From an uncultured Muribaculaceae bacterium (GTDB lineage: Bacteria > Bacillota_I > Bacilli_A > RF39 > UBA660), in assembly GCA_964370575.1 (NCBI GenBank), contig CAYJJT010000001.1, forward strand, positions 1,192 to 60,988: a DNA stretch of 59,797 nt, given 5' to 3'. Within the stretch, counting starts at the first letter, position 1. Each line of letters opens with the position of its first letter. The position numbers were made by a program, and so were the translations under genes. This document shows, one piece after another, positions 21,149-31,037 of the stretch. The notes beneath the pieces are model-generated. The model ran no database searches and was not told where the DNA came from. It saw only the letters and a program-made list of their open reading frames with translations.

Positions 21149-21319
21149 TTATATTTTTTTATTCTTTTCATTAAATCTCATATGATAATTTTTTTTATTT
21201 TTAAATAAACTATGAACTTGTTCTAATTCGGATATACCAACTTCATTAGAAAATTCTTCATTTATTTTATCTATAGATTTTCTAATACTATTATATTTTT
21301 TTTCTTTTATTTTCTTCAT
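21149..21319 (-). CDS. Hypothetical small basic protein (56 aa)
   Basis: An ORF whose GGAGG lies 5 nt before ATG 21319. The ORF-track start sits inside the RBS. Confidence 0.4.
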   Translation of the reverse strand: MKKIKEKKYNSIRKSIDKINEEFSNEVGISELEQVHSLFKNKKNYHMRFNEKNKKI

Positions 21320-21363
21320 TAGTACCTCCAATTATATAATAACCAGAAAATACTATTTAATAC

Positions 21364-22539
21364 TTATAGTAATTCACTATATTCTTCTTCATTCAAATTA
21401 GTGATTGTCATAACAGTTTCTACACATTCTTCAACATATTTACTGTAATCAAATTTTGATTCCACTTCTAAACACTTTTCTAATTTTGGATGTATAACAG
21501 GATGTTTTGGTAAGAAAATTGTACAACAATCTTCATGTGGTAATATACTTGTTTTATATGTTCCTATCTTGTTTGCTAAATCAATAATTTCTAATTTATC
21601 CATACAAGCTACTGGTCTAATTACAGGCATAGTTGTTACTGCATTTATAACTTGCATACTTGCTAATGTTTGACTTGCTACTTGCCCTATACTCTCACCA
21701 TTTACTAAAATTTTGCAATTTCTTACTCTCGCTAACTTACTAGCAATACGATACATCATTCTTCTCATAATCGTTATTGTATAACTATCAATTCCATTTT
21801 TATAAATAGCTTCTTGTAATGCTGTAAAATTAACAACATGAACTTTAATGTTAAGTGAATATTCATTTATAATACGAGCTAAATCTAAAACTTTATTTCT
21901 TGCCTCTATACTAGTATGTGGTAATGATTCAAAATATATACATTCTAAATCTACACCTCTTTTTAAGGCTAAATAACCTGCTACTGGTGAGTCAATTCCA
22001 CCACTTAACATTAACATACCTTTACCTTGAATTCCAACTGGATATCCTCCTGCTCCTCTTATTTCATTAGTATAAATAAATGTTCCTTCTTCTCTTATTT
22101 CAACATTAATGATCATATCAGGATTATGAACATCAACTTTTAAATCTGTATTTTTTAAAACATGTCCACCAAGAATATGACTAAATTCCATACTTCCTAT
22201 ACTGAAACTTTTATCAGCTCTCTTTGTTACTACTTTAAATGTTTTATAATCATTTCTATCTAATTGTAAAACAGCATCTTTAATTGCATCAATATCATTA
22301 GTAACTTGATAACTTATAACTATCCCGTGCAGACCAAATACTTTCTTTAAAACATTTATAACTTCATCAAATTTTTCATCTAACACATCTATATACATTC
22401 TAACTCTATCACGTTTTATTTTAACTTCATAATTTTTCAGCATTTTTCTAATATTATTAGTAAGTGCACTAACAAATAAATTTCTATTACTTTTCTTTGT
22501 AGTCAATTCCCCATATTTAATCATTATTAATTTTTTCAT
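21364..22539 (-). CDS. thiI: tRNA 4-thiouridine synthase ThiI
   Basis: IKYGELTTK start, THUMP region, PP-loop SGGIDSPVA. Confidence 0.9.
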   Translation of the reverse strand: MKKLIMIKYGELTTKKSNRNLFVSALTNNIRKMLKNYEVKIKRDRVRMYIDVLDEKFDEVINVLKKVFGLHGIVISYQVTNDIDAIKDAVLQLDRNDYKTFKVVTKRADKSFSIGSMEFSHILGGHVLKNTDLKVDVHNPDMIINVEIREEGTFIYTNEIRGAGGYPVGIQGKGMLMLSGGIDSPVAGYLALKRGVDLECIYFESLPHTSIEARNKVLDLARIINEYSLNIKVHVVNFTALQEAIYKNGIDSYTITIMRRMMYRIASKLARVRNCKILVNGESIGQVASQTLASMQVINAVTTMPVIRPVACMDKLEIIDLANKIGTYKTSILPHEDCCTIFLPKHPVIHPKLEKCLEVESKFDYSKYVEECVETVMTITNLNEEEYSELL

Positions 22540-22611
22540 ACTATCCCTCACTTGTTTTATAATTATATCAAAAATAACTCATATCGACAATAAAAGAGTA
22601 CTGCTAGTACT

Positions 22612-24330
22612 CTATTTATCTCTACTATAATGACTTAATAATTTATCATATATACCTGGCTCAATTTTATTCAAACAATTAATTGTTAATTCTAAAGATT
22701 TTTGATACTCACCTTTATAAAATAATACTTCACTATAAGTTAAATTATTATCCAAACCTTCAACAGTAGTTCTATATCTATTACCATATACAATTGCCAT
22801 TTCTGCGAACATTGCCGTTTTAATCATTTCCTTTGTAGATGAAAATAATTTTAAAACTAAATCACGAGCTGTATCAACACGAGTATTTAGAGTTGCGATT
22901 GTGATTGGCTTCTTTTCAAGTTCTACCACAATCTCAGCAATAGCTGCTCCTGCTTCACGTAATTCAACATAGTAAGTTCTTGGAATTACTGGTAAATGAT
23001 AGTCACGCATTTTAAATTTTGCTTCTTTTAAAATTACTTTTACTTCTTCAAGTTGTTGTCTAGCTCTTACTTCATCTTCTTTCATATTTCCAATGCTATC
23101 AAGAGAATTATCTAAATTATCTTCAATATTTGCTAATCTAATAACTAAATTTTCAATTTCTTTAGTTAATTTTGAATAAGCGAAAGCATTATTAGAAGTA
23201 TGTTTGATCAATATATCATAATCATCACCAAGAATGCGCAATTCTTCTTTAATATCATTTAGTAATTTTACATCTTCATCACTCAAATTATAAATATTTT
23301 GAACTTCATTAATTTGTATAAAAATATCAGCAACTACTTTATTAATTTTTTCAAATTTCTCTTTAAAGGCCTTATTTGTTTCCTCATAAGTACTTCTTTC
23401 AATGTCTTCTTTTTCGAAATCATTAAATATTGATTCAAAATAATCTACTAATACTTTAAGTTCAAAAAGACTATCTTCTAAATTTAATAATTTAACACGA
23501 TCTATTATATCTACTATTTTTTTATTAGCTTCTTCTATATTATATTCAACATTTAAATAATCTAATGGATATCCTTCTTCCATCATTTTATCATAAGTTA
23601 CTTTTACTTCTTCTATTTTTTTAGGTAGTATTGAATTTGCTAATAAAATAATATCAGGCAATTCATTTACAACAATTTCCATATGCTTAAGCATATCATC
23701 AATAGCTTTAATTAACTGTGTAACTTCCGGATAATGATTAGCTTCCATAAGTGTTTCAAAATCTTCAAATCTTTTTGCAATATTTTCAAATTGAACTGTA
23801 ACATTATTTTCTAATTCTCCATAACTACTTACTTCATCTTTAAATTCTTTATAAAGTGTACGGTATTGATTTTTCAAATTAGTTATAATTGATCTATTAC
23901 GTTCTTCACTAGTCGTAATTTCTTTTATTTCATTAAGCAAAAAATCACTACTTGCTTTAAGTTTATATAATTCCATTTCTAATTGAGCTATTTTAAACAA
24001 TGTTTTTTTATAATCCTGTTTAGCAAGACTATAATCAGCTTCTAAAATCATATCAGTCACTAATGGAATTTGTTCTTTTTTCAAAGTGTCTAATCTTGTT
24101 TTCCATTCTTTATACATATTTTCTAATTTATCATTTTTTAAATATGACTCTATTTTTGCTAATTCTGGCATAATAGGTGAACTATCAATTGTATTCTTTT
24201 CATACTCTATTTCATCTAACTTTTTTTTGAATTTTTTATTTGTATATTTCTGTAATAAAGTTAATACTGTAATAATTGATACAACAGCAACTACATATAT
24301 TATTGACATTAAAACAATTATATTATCCAT
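22612..24330 (-). CDS. ezrA: Septation ring formation regulator EzrA
   Basis: N-terminal TM plus ~550 aa of coiled coil, with a C-terminal YGNRYR patch. Conserved thiI-ezrA-rpsD neighbourhood. Confidence 0.85.
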   Translation of the reverse strand: MDNIIVLMSIIYVVAVVSIITVLTLLQKYTNKKFKKKLDEIEYEKNTIDSSPIMPELAKIESYLKNDKLENMYKEWKTRLDTLKKEQIPLVTDMILEADYSLAKQDYKKTLFKIAQLEMELYKLKASSDFLLNEIKEITTSEERNRSIITNLKNQYRTLYKEFKDEVSSYGELENNVTVQFENIAKRFEDFETLMEANHYPEVTQLIKAIDDMLKHMEIVVNELPDIILLANSILPKKIEEVKVTYDKMMEEGYPLDYLNVEYNIEEANKKIVDIIDRVKLLNLEDSLFELKVLVDYFESIFNDFEKEDIERSTYEETNKAFKEKFEKINKVVADIFIQINEVQNIYNLSDEDVKLLNDIKEELRILGDDYDILIKHTSNNAFAYSKLTKEIENLVIRLANIEDNLDNSLDSIGNMKEDEVRARQQLEEVKVILKEAKFKMRDYHLPVIPRTYYVELREAGAAIAEIVVELEKKPITIATLNTRVDTARDLVLKLFSSTKEMIKTAMFAEMAIVYGNRYRTTVEGLDNNLTYSEVLFYKGEYQKSLELTINCLNKIEPGIYDKLLSHYSRDK

Positions 24331-24436
24331 GAATAACTCACCTCTATTATTTATCTCTTATACTATATATAATACCACAATTAGACATTTTTTTTGCATT
24401 TTTTTATGAAAATAAGTAAAATTTATTTATTATGTG

Positions 24437-24465
24437 TTGACATGACATTTATACAATGATACTAT
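24437..24465 (+). promoter_or_regulatory. Sigma-A type promoter of orphan gene A
   Basis: TTGACA, then 17 nt, then TACTAT, with an upstream TG (extended -10). Confidence 0.55.
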
Positions 24466-24517
24466 AACGGCATATAAAGGTCAGAATATGCCCTTTTATA
24501 TCGGGGGAAAATTAATA

Positions 24518-25390
24518 ATGAAAATAACAAATTTAAATAAAGAAGTTACAACAAAAACAATACAGAAAAGAAATAAATTTTCTGCTAGAGGAAAAAGAAC
24601 TTTAATAGGTATGGGACTAGCAAGTGTTCTAGCTGTTAGTGGTGTCGCTGCTATTAACAAAACAAAGGAAGATATTAGAGAAGATGTAAATCATAACATT
24701 ACTGATATTCTTAACCATGATATTAATACTCATACTGACTTAGATGAAAAACTAGTTTCTGTTATTAATGAAAATAACAAACAAGAAGTTTTTGATAATG
24801 TTAAATATGTAGAAGAATTATTAAATTTAAAAGAATATATTGAAACATTTGAATTAGAAAAAAAATTAAGTGCTACTCAAAAAATTGAATTTGCTGATAT
24901 TAAAAATACTTCTGATGGAAACTTTAATCATGATGAAGTAATGAATATTTATCAAAGAGTAGTTAAAGATTATCATCCTGATACTCCAATTACTGAAGAT
25001 GAAAAAGCTTTACTAACAGCTTATTATGATATTGTTGAATATATAACAACTACTGGTTCAAAAAACATCGATGAAGCAAGTTTATTATTAATCAAAAGTA
25101 ACTTCATGAATGAAAATGATATACCTAATGATCAATTGGATGAAATTACTATTTCGAAACCAATATCTAAAGGTCCTGGTTATAATGATGGGGCTTACAT
25201 TGAATATAACTATAAAAAATACGATATAACTGGAGCAGAGATGAAAGTTGTTGCTGGAGTACATAGTAGTCAACATATATTTCTTAGCGATATAACTGAA
25301 GATGAAAGAACAATTCATGATTTAACATGTATTGAAAATAATATTGATAATGTAACTGAATACATGAATGATTCTCGTACTTTAAAATAA
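24518..25390 (+). CDS. Hypothetical single-pass membrane-anchored protein (family 1, paralog of 27634-28368)
   Basis: RBS GGGGGA 9-10 nt before ATG 24518. TM is LIGMGLASVLAVSGVAAI. Shares DINTHTDLDEKLV and FNHDEVMNIYQRVVK blocks with the 244-aa ORF. Confidence 0.6.
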   Translation: MKITNLNKEVTTKTIQKRNKFSARGKRTLIGMGLASVLAVSGVAAINKTKEDIREDVNHNITDILNHDINTHTDLDEKLVSVINENNKQEVFDNVKYVEELLNLKEYIETFELEKKLSATQKIEFADIKNTSDGNFNHDEVMNIYQRVVKDYHPDTPITEDEKALLTAYYDIVEYITTTGSKNIDEASLLLIKSNFMNENDIPNDQLDEITISKPISKGPGYNDGAYIEYNYKKYDITGAEMKVVAGVHSSQHIFLSDITEDERTIHDLTCIENNIDNVTEYMNDSRTLK

Positions 25391-25446
25391 ATAGCACACA
25401 AGTGCTATTTTTATTATGAAGAAGGTAATAAAAATATAGTTAAAAC

Positions 25447-25475
25447 TTGACTTTTAACATATATTTATATATAAT
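25447..25475 (+). promoter_or_regulatory. rpsD promoter
   Basis: TTGACT (25447-25452), then 17 nt, then TATAAT (25470-25475). Confidence 0.7.
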
Positions 25476-25482
25476 TAAAAAT

Positions 25483-25638
25483 GCATGTAGATCTAGCAGC
25501 GTTATATGATATATTTAACGTGATTGTCACCTATAATGGTATACTAGTAACTTAGTGCTGCAAAGCGAAGATATTAAGATAATCACCCTATTTATAGACA
25601 TATAACCTCTATCTCATGAAAAGAAGGAGGAGAAAATT
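25483..25638 (+). promoter_or_regulatory. rpsD 5' leader (probable S4 autoregulatory leader)
   Basis: A ~155-nt untranslated leader that is visibly more GC-rich than its surroundings (gcagcgtt, gtgctgcaaagcgaag), ending in the RBS AAGGAGGAG. Confidence 0.45.
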
Positions 25639-26241
25639 ATGGCAAGATACACAGGACCAATTAACAGAAAATCACGTCGTTTAGGATTTTCAGTATTAGA
25701 AAACGGTAAAGATATCGCTAAAAGACCTTTTGCACCAGGTCAACATGGAGCTGGACGTAAGAAAAAAATGTCTAACTACGGTGTTCAATTACAAGAAAAA
25801 CAAAAACTTAGATTTATGTACGGTATGAACGAAAAACAATTCAAAAAATTATTCGTTGAAGCTGGTAAATTAAAAGGTGTTCACGGAGAAGATTTCTTTA
25901 AATTATTAGAAAGTAGATTAGATAACTTAGTATACAGATTAGGTTTCGCTACTACTAGAAGAGGATCTAGACAAATTGTTAACCACGGACACATTACTGT
26001 TAATGGTAAAAAAGTTGATATTCCATCTTACAGATGTAAAGCTGGTGATGTTATAGCTGTTAAAGAAAACAGTAAAACTCATAAAGCTATCGTTGAATCT
26101 TTAGCAAGTGTTCACAACCGTGTTGAATTCGTTACATATGATGAAACTAAAATGGCTGGTACATTCGTTAGATTACCTGAAAGAAATGAACTTAATAAAG
26201 AAATTAATGAATCATTAGTAGTAGAATACTACAACAGATAA
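25639..26241 (+). CDS. rpsD: 30S ribosomal protein S4
   Basis: MARYTGP..K.SRRLG start, S4 domain ([39 protein letters not shown]). Confidence 0.98.
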   Translation: MARYTGPINRKSRRLGFSVLENGKDIAKRPFAPGQHGAGRKKKMSNYGVQLQEKQKLRFMYGMNEKQFKKLFVEAGKLKGVHGEDFFKLLESRLDNLVYRLGFATTRRGSRQIVNHGHITVNGKKVDIPSYRCKAGDVIAVKENSKTHKAIVESLASVHNRVEFVTYDETKMAGTFVRLPERNELNKEINESLVVEYYNR

Positions 26242-26263
26242 GAAACTTTTAGTTTCTTTTTTT
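26241..26263 (+). terminator. rpsD intrinsic terminator
   Basis: Hairpin agaaact-ttt-agtttct followed by T6. Confidence 0.75.
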
Positions 26264-26268
26264 ATACT

Positions 26269-26297
26269 TTGACAATTATTGCATTGCTTGGTAATAT
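26269..26297 (+). promoter_or_regulatory. Promoter of orphan gene B
   Basis: TTGACA (26269-26274), then 17 nt, then TAATAT. Confidence 0.55.
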
Positions 26298-26326
26298 ATA
26301 TAATAAAATTAATTAAGGAGACTTAT

Positions 26327-26920
26327 ATGAATAAAGATAAAATAACAATAAACAGTTTATTTGATATTGCCGACTACAAAGACGGATACTTTGTAGAAGA
26401 AGAATTGATACACGACATTATCATTGCATTAGAATTACTTCGTCATAATTATAATAAAAATATTTGTAAAATAAATTATTTAAGCAGTATACCATTAGTA
26501 CCTATTGGTGTATTAACATATATTTCCCTTAATGGGTCAGTGAACAATTTAACTACTACTAACGAATTAAATACTGTAATTCATATATTAGGTACTATTG
26601 GTATATCTGAATTAGCAAATAAGTTAATAAACAAATATTTATTATCATATAGAATAGAAAATAAATTATATAACTATAATTTAATATATAATCAGTTATT
26701 AGCACTTATTATTAATGAACTAAATAACTTAATTCAATTTAATACGACTAATACTAAAAATAATTTTGGATTAGATGAAAATACATTTTTTACTGATGAT
26801 TTTAATTTAAATGTTGATGAATATTTATACTTCGTTGAAAATGATTTATTGTATTTATTAAATAATAATGCATCATTACAAAATTATAAAACAAGATTCA
26901 ACAACTCAAACTCTAAATAA
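26327..26920 (+). CDS. Hypothetical 2-TM membrane protein (family 2, paralog of 27029-27631)
   Basis: RBS AAGGAG before ATG 26327. The ORF-track TTG start at 26279 overlaps the promoter. Two central hydrophobic segments. Confidence 0.55.
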   Translation: MNKDKITINSLFDIADYKDGYFVEEELIHDIIIALELLRHNYNKNICKINYLSSIPLVPIGVLTYISLNGSVNNLTTTNELNTVIHILGTIGISELANKLINKYLLSYRIENKLYNYNLIYNQLLALIINELNNLIQFNTTNTKNNFGLDENTFFTDDFNLNVDEYLYFVENDLLYLLNNNASLQNYKTRFNNSNSK

Positions 26921-26954
26921 ATCTCAACTAAGGAAGATCTCTATCTTCTTTTTG

Positions 26955-26983
26955 TTGACTTTAAGAATATAAAATGATAGTAT
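26955..26983 (+). promoter_or_regulatory. Promoter of orphan genes C-D
   Basis: TTGACT, then 17 nt, then TAGTAT with an upstream TG. Preceded by the hairpin ggaagat-ctct-atcttct plus a T-run, which terminates gene B. Confidence 0.5.
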
Positions 26984-27028
26984 ATTATACACATATAAAA
27001 GACATGTTTTAGGGAGTTGAAAGTAAAA

Positions 27029-27631
27029 ATGGAAAAAATAAGTACTCATGAACTTGCCTCTGAGATTAGAGAACATTATTTATCAAATAATATCACAGAA
27101 GAAGATTATCTAGAACTATCTACTACTTTTATTGAAATATTAAATTATGACTTTAAAATTTATAAAAATAATAAATCATTTACAGATATTTGCAATGGTA
27201 TTTTTACTGTTACTAATGGTACTTTCTTATTTTTATTAGCTAATAATTTTTTAAATGCTAATTTTCCACAAGTAAGTGATAATAAACAATGGGTAAATTT
27301 TGTTGCTTCACTATCTATAAGTTTCGTAAGTGTTGAATTAATAAATCACATACGTAATCGTTCAATAAAGCTTAGTTATAATGAAAATTATTATTGTGAA
27401 GAATTAAATTCATTTATAAATACAACTATTTCTGCATATTCAAATAAACCAACTATAAGTTTGGATATTAATGAAAAAAACTTTAAAAATGTATCCGATC
27501 ATTATATTTCTTTATTTAACAAAGAAATGATTGATGAATTAAAAAATAATGAAAATTTACAAGCAATAAGAAATATTAATATTAACCAAGAAGATGAGTT
27601 AAATGTTGATAATAATACATTAAGGAGATAA
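27029..27631 (+). CDS. Hypothetical 2-TM membrane protein (family 2)
   Basis: AGGGAG at 27011-27016, with ATG 27029 preferred over TTG 27017. Two hydrophobic segments. ELINHIRNRSIKLSYNENYY resembles ELANKLINKYLLSYRIENKLY in gene B. Confidence 0.5.
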   Translation: MEKISTHELASEIREHYLSNNITEEDYLELSTTFIEILNYDFKIYKNNKSFTDICNGIFTVTNGTFLFLLANNFLNANFPQVSDNKQWVNFVASLSISFVSVELINHIRNRSIKLSYNENYYCEELNSFINTTISAYSNKPTISLDINEKNFKNVSDHYISLFNKEMIDELKNNENLQAIRNININQEDELNVDNNTLRR

Positions 27632-27633
27632 GA

Positions 27634-28368
27634 ATGAAAATAAAATATAAAATATATAAAATTACCCTTACAGGTTTCCTTTCACTAGGAATATACAGCG
27701 CTTATAATATATATAATAAATTAAAAGGTGTAGATTCTCCAGTGATTATTGAGTCTCTTAGCACTATTACAGATCCTAATATACAAACTAATACTGATAT
27801 TGATGAAAAAATGGTGCAAATTGATGATGAAATGATTATTGAAAGAGCTTTAGAAATAGAAAAAATGATTATATTATACGATATGATAGAAGATTTAAAT
27901 TTAAATTTTTCTAACAATGAAGTAGCCAATATAAATACTAATGACTTTTCTTATGATACAGTTTTAAAGTTATATGATTCAGTTAAAAAGAATAATGATA
28001 ATAATGATAAACAAAAACTTTTTGCTTACAACATTAAATTACATGATTATCTAATTAATGAAGGTAATGAATATATTAGTGACTACGGATATTTATTAGG
28101 AAAAACTACTGCTTTAGATGCATTTGATATTAGTATTGATGATTATGATAACTATTATTTCAGTCGTAGTGACGATTATAGTAAAATGTATTTAAATAAT
28201 TTACCTAAAAGTGATGAAGTAGTAAATTATGAAGTGAGTGATAGTAATATGAAAGTTATTATAGATTCTAATCAATACAACATTGTAACATGTGATATTG
28301 AGACTATGAGATCATCTATAAACTTATATACATCATTTATGGAAGAAAATAATACTATAAAAAAATAA
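27634..28368 (+). CDS. Hypothetical single-pass membrane-anchored protein (family 1)
   Basis: RBS AAGGAGA. Starts 2 nt after the stop of gene C. N-terminal TM. Paralog blocks are shared with 24518-25390. Confidence 0.6.
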   Translation: MKIKYKIYKITLTGFLSLGIYSAYNIYNKLKGVDSPVIIESLSTITDPNIQTNTDIDEKMVQIDDEMIIERALEIEKMIILYDMIEDLNLNFSNNEVANINTNDFSYDTVLKLYDSVKKNNDNNDKQKLFAYNIKLHDYLINEGNEYISDYGYLLGKTTALDAFDISIDDYDNYYFSRSDDYSKMYLNNLPKSDEVVNYEVSDSNMKVIIDSNQYNIVTCDIETMRSSINLYTSFMEENNTIKK

Positions 28369-28370
28369 TA

Positions 28371-28793
28371 CTAAATAGTATTATTTTTTTTATTTTCACA
28401 TAGTTTATAATCTTCTATTACAGCTAGTTGATGATAGTATCCCTTCAGATAAAATTTTTCTGCTATATTCAATTGAACGAGACTATTAAACTCTTTATTT
28501 GCTAATTCCTCATTTAATGAAAAATATTTTTTATCAGCATCACTAACTCCATAGTTAAAACATTTTAGTTTATACCTATCTATTAATATAAAATTTAGCA
28601 ATATATAATTATAAACATAAATATAAAAATCATATAATTTTGTACAATTTTTATATTTAATAAAATAATTTATATTCTTTCTATATGATTCATATCCATA
28701 TGCATCCTTAACTGCTAAATAACTAACTTTTTTTATATCAGTTGTAGACAAATTATTAGTATCATATTTTTTAATTATATTATTTATTGTCAT
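28371..28793 (-). CDS. Hypothetical protein (140 aa)
   Basis: An ORF 11 nt downstream of the ATP-grasp gene, likely co-transcribed with it. No recognisable motif. Confidence 0.45.
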   Translation of the reverse strand: MTINNIIKKYDTNNLSTTDIKKVSYLAVKDAYGYESYRKNINYFIKYKNCTKLYDFYIYVYNYILLNFILIDRYKLKCFNYGVSDADKKYFSLNEELANKEFNSLVQLNIAEKFYLKGYYHQLAVIEDYKLCENKKNNTI

Positions 28794-28804
28794 AATAATC
28801 CTTA

Positions 28805-29794
28805 TTATTTATCTTTCAAATTAACTACTTTTTGATATTTATTTAGTAATCCTTCTTTTATTTTTAATAAAGATGGTTTAGCTTGATGAAGTGTTGGTTC
28901 GCAACTTGCTTGAATTAGTAATGGTCCATCTTCTGTAATAGCAATATCCCAACTAGCATATTTAACTCCTGGTACCATCAAAGACGCCTCTTTTGCTAAT
29001 TCTATTGCCTGTTTATACATAGGGATTTCGAATCCTTTAAATTCAACTTTAGTTTTAGGATGAATAGTATATATATTATCTTCTACATCAACAGCGTTTG
29101 TTGTAACTTTACCATTAGTATTTAAATAGGCTACTAATCCTCCAGCTTTAAATTTAGAAACAACTCCACCATTTCCAATTTTTAATACTCCATGTAAATA
29201 TGTAGCTTTATCATTTTCAGTATAAGTATAGATTCTAACAGTATTTACAGCATTTTTATATAAACTATTCATATCACTATGTTGTTTAACAAAACTCTCT
29301 ACTAAAACTTGACCACTTTTTCTAAGTGAACGATATAGTTTTTTTCCATCAGTATTTCTATTAACATTTATTTTTTCAGGTATCATATAACCTTCATCAC
29401 TAACTGATTTAACAATAATAGCTCTTTTCCCTTTCAAAAATTCACTAAATTGATCACCTTTTACTTCTCTTAAATAAATCCATTCGCGTTTTAAATATTC
29501 ATTAAATATTTTACTAAACTCTATTTTATCATTAAATGCGATTCTTGAACGTTCTTTATTACAACATTTTATGATTTTTCTATGATATTTAGATGGTAAA
29601 TAAGTACTTCTTTGTTTATCATTTAACAAATGAAATTCAAAGTCTAAATAGTCATGAAAAGTAGTTTTGTACTTTACTTTACACTTGATCATATCTCCAA
29701 TAATTTTAACCGAAACTTTATCTAAATCATTAGAAAGTTCTTTAATATCACTTATTACTTCTTTTGTCTTCTCACTAATTATATTTTTACTCAT
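28805..29794 (-). CDS. ATP-grasp fold protein, sugar-transfer-associated / alpha-L-glutamate-ligase-like family
   Basis: The C-terminal half (GGVVSKFKAGGLVAYLNTNGKVTTNAVD...IHPKTKVEFKGFEIPMYKQAIELA...ASWDIAITEDGPLLIQASCEP) fits the ATPgrasp_ST pattern. RBS GGAGGA. Confidence 0.55.
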   Translation of the reverse strand: MSKNIISEKTKEVISDIKELSNDLDKVSVKIIGDMIKCKVKYKTTFHDYLDFEFHLLNDKQRSTYLPSKYHRKIIKCCNKERSRIAFNDKIEFSKIFNEYLKREWIYLREVKGDQFSEFLKGKRAIIVKSVSDEGYMIPEKINVNRNTDGKKLYRSLRKSGQVLVESFVKQHSDMNSLYKNAVNTVRIYTYTENDKATYLHGVLKIGNGGVVSKFKAGGLVAYLNTNGKVTTNAVDVEDNIYTIHPKTKVEFKGFEIPMYKQAIELAKEASLMVPGVKYASWDIAITEDGPLLIQASCEPTLHQAKPSLLKIKEGLLNKYQKVVNLKDK

Positions 29795-29810
29795 AATTCC
29801 TCCATCATCA

Positions 29811-31037
29811 CTATTTAAACATACCTACGTAATATTTTTTCTTACCTCTTCTAATAATAATAGCTTTATTATACATCGCATTATCTTTAGTAATTAAAAT
29901 GTCTTCTGAAGTATATTTATCACCATTTATTGTGATACTGCCATTATTAATAAATTCTCTAGCTTCTCTTTTAGAAGTTGCTGCTTTAGATAATACTAAT
30001 AAATCAACTAAATTTATACTTTCCTCAAGTTGAAAACTATCTACATCTTTAAAAGCATCTTCAATTTCATCCATTGCTAGCTCTTTTATATTTCCACTAA
30101 ATAAAGCTTTACTAATATTTTCAGCCTTATTATATTCATCACTACCATGTAGATCAGTTATCACTGCTTTAGCCAATTCTTTTTGAGCCAATCTTAAATG
30201 TGGAGCTTCATTATGTTTACTTTCAATTTCTTTTATTACTTCGACTGGAATAAAAGTTAAAGTTTTTAAGTAATCAATTACTTTAGCATCTTCACTATTA
30301 ATTAAAAACTGATATAATTCATAGCTTGATGTTTTATTTTTATCTAACCAAATTGCCTTACCTTCACTTTTACCAAACTTAGTACCATCTGCTTTTGTAA
30401 CAAGAGGCATAGTAAATCCATAAGCTTCTTTAGCTATTTTTTTTCTAATCAACTCTATACCAGCAGTAATATTTCCCCATTGATCTTGTCCTGCAACTTG
30501 TAAGATACATCCTCTATTTTCATATAAATATAAGAAATCTAAAGCTTGCATAATCATATATGAAAATTCAGTATAAGTTATACCGTCATCTAATCTTCTA
30601 GCAACAATATCTTTACTAAGCATATAATTAATATTAAAATGTTTACCATAATCTCTTAAAAAGTCAATAAAATTTATATTGTGACACCAATCATAATTAT
30701 TAACAACTTCAAATCCAAAAATATCTTCTGCTTGTTTTTTTAAGCATGCAAAATTATGAGCTACTTCTTCTTTAGTAATCATAGTTCTTTCACTAGTAGG
30801 TCTAGGATCTCCTATTAAACCAGTTGCACCCCCAACTAAAAGAATTGGATTATGTCCAGCTAATTTAAGTCTTTTTGATATTAAGAAAGAAGAATAATGT
30901 CCTATATGCATACTATCACCAGTTGGATCGGTACCAATATAAAAAGTTATACTCTCATTATTTAATTTATCTTCTAATAATGGACTACTAATATCTTTAA
31001 TTAATCCCCTATATACTAATTCATCATATATTTTCAT
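29811..31037 (-). CDS. tyrS: Tyrosine--tRNA ligase
   Basis: GTDPTGDSMHIGH (HIGH), KFGKSEG (KMSKS) and a C-terminal S4 domain. The start overlaps the deoC stop by 1 nt (TAATG). Confidence 0.97.
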   Translation of the reverse strand: MKIYDELVYRGLIKDISSPLLEDKLNNESITFYIGTDPTGDSMHIGHYSSFLISKRLKLAGHNPILLVGGATGLIGDPRPTSERTMITKEEVAHNFACLKKQAEDIFGFEVVNNYDWCHNINFIDFLRDYGKHFNINYMLSKDIVARRLDDGITYTEFSYMIMQALDFLYLYENRGCILQVAGQDQWGNITAGIELIRKKIAKEAYGFTMPLVTKADGTKFGKSEGKAIWLDKNKTSSYELYQFLINSEDAKVIDYLKTLTFIPVEVIKEIESKHNEAPHLRLAQKELAKAVITDLHGSDEYNKAENISKALFSGNIKELAMDEIEDAFKDVDSFQLEESINLVDLLVLSKAATSKREAREFINNGSITINGDKYTSEDILITKDNAMYNKAIIIRRGKKKYYVGMFK

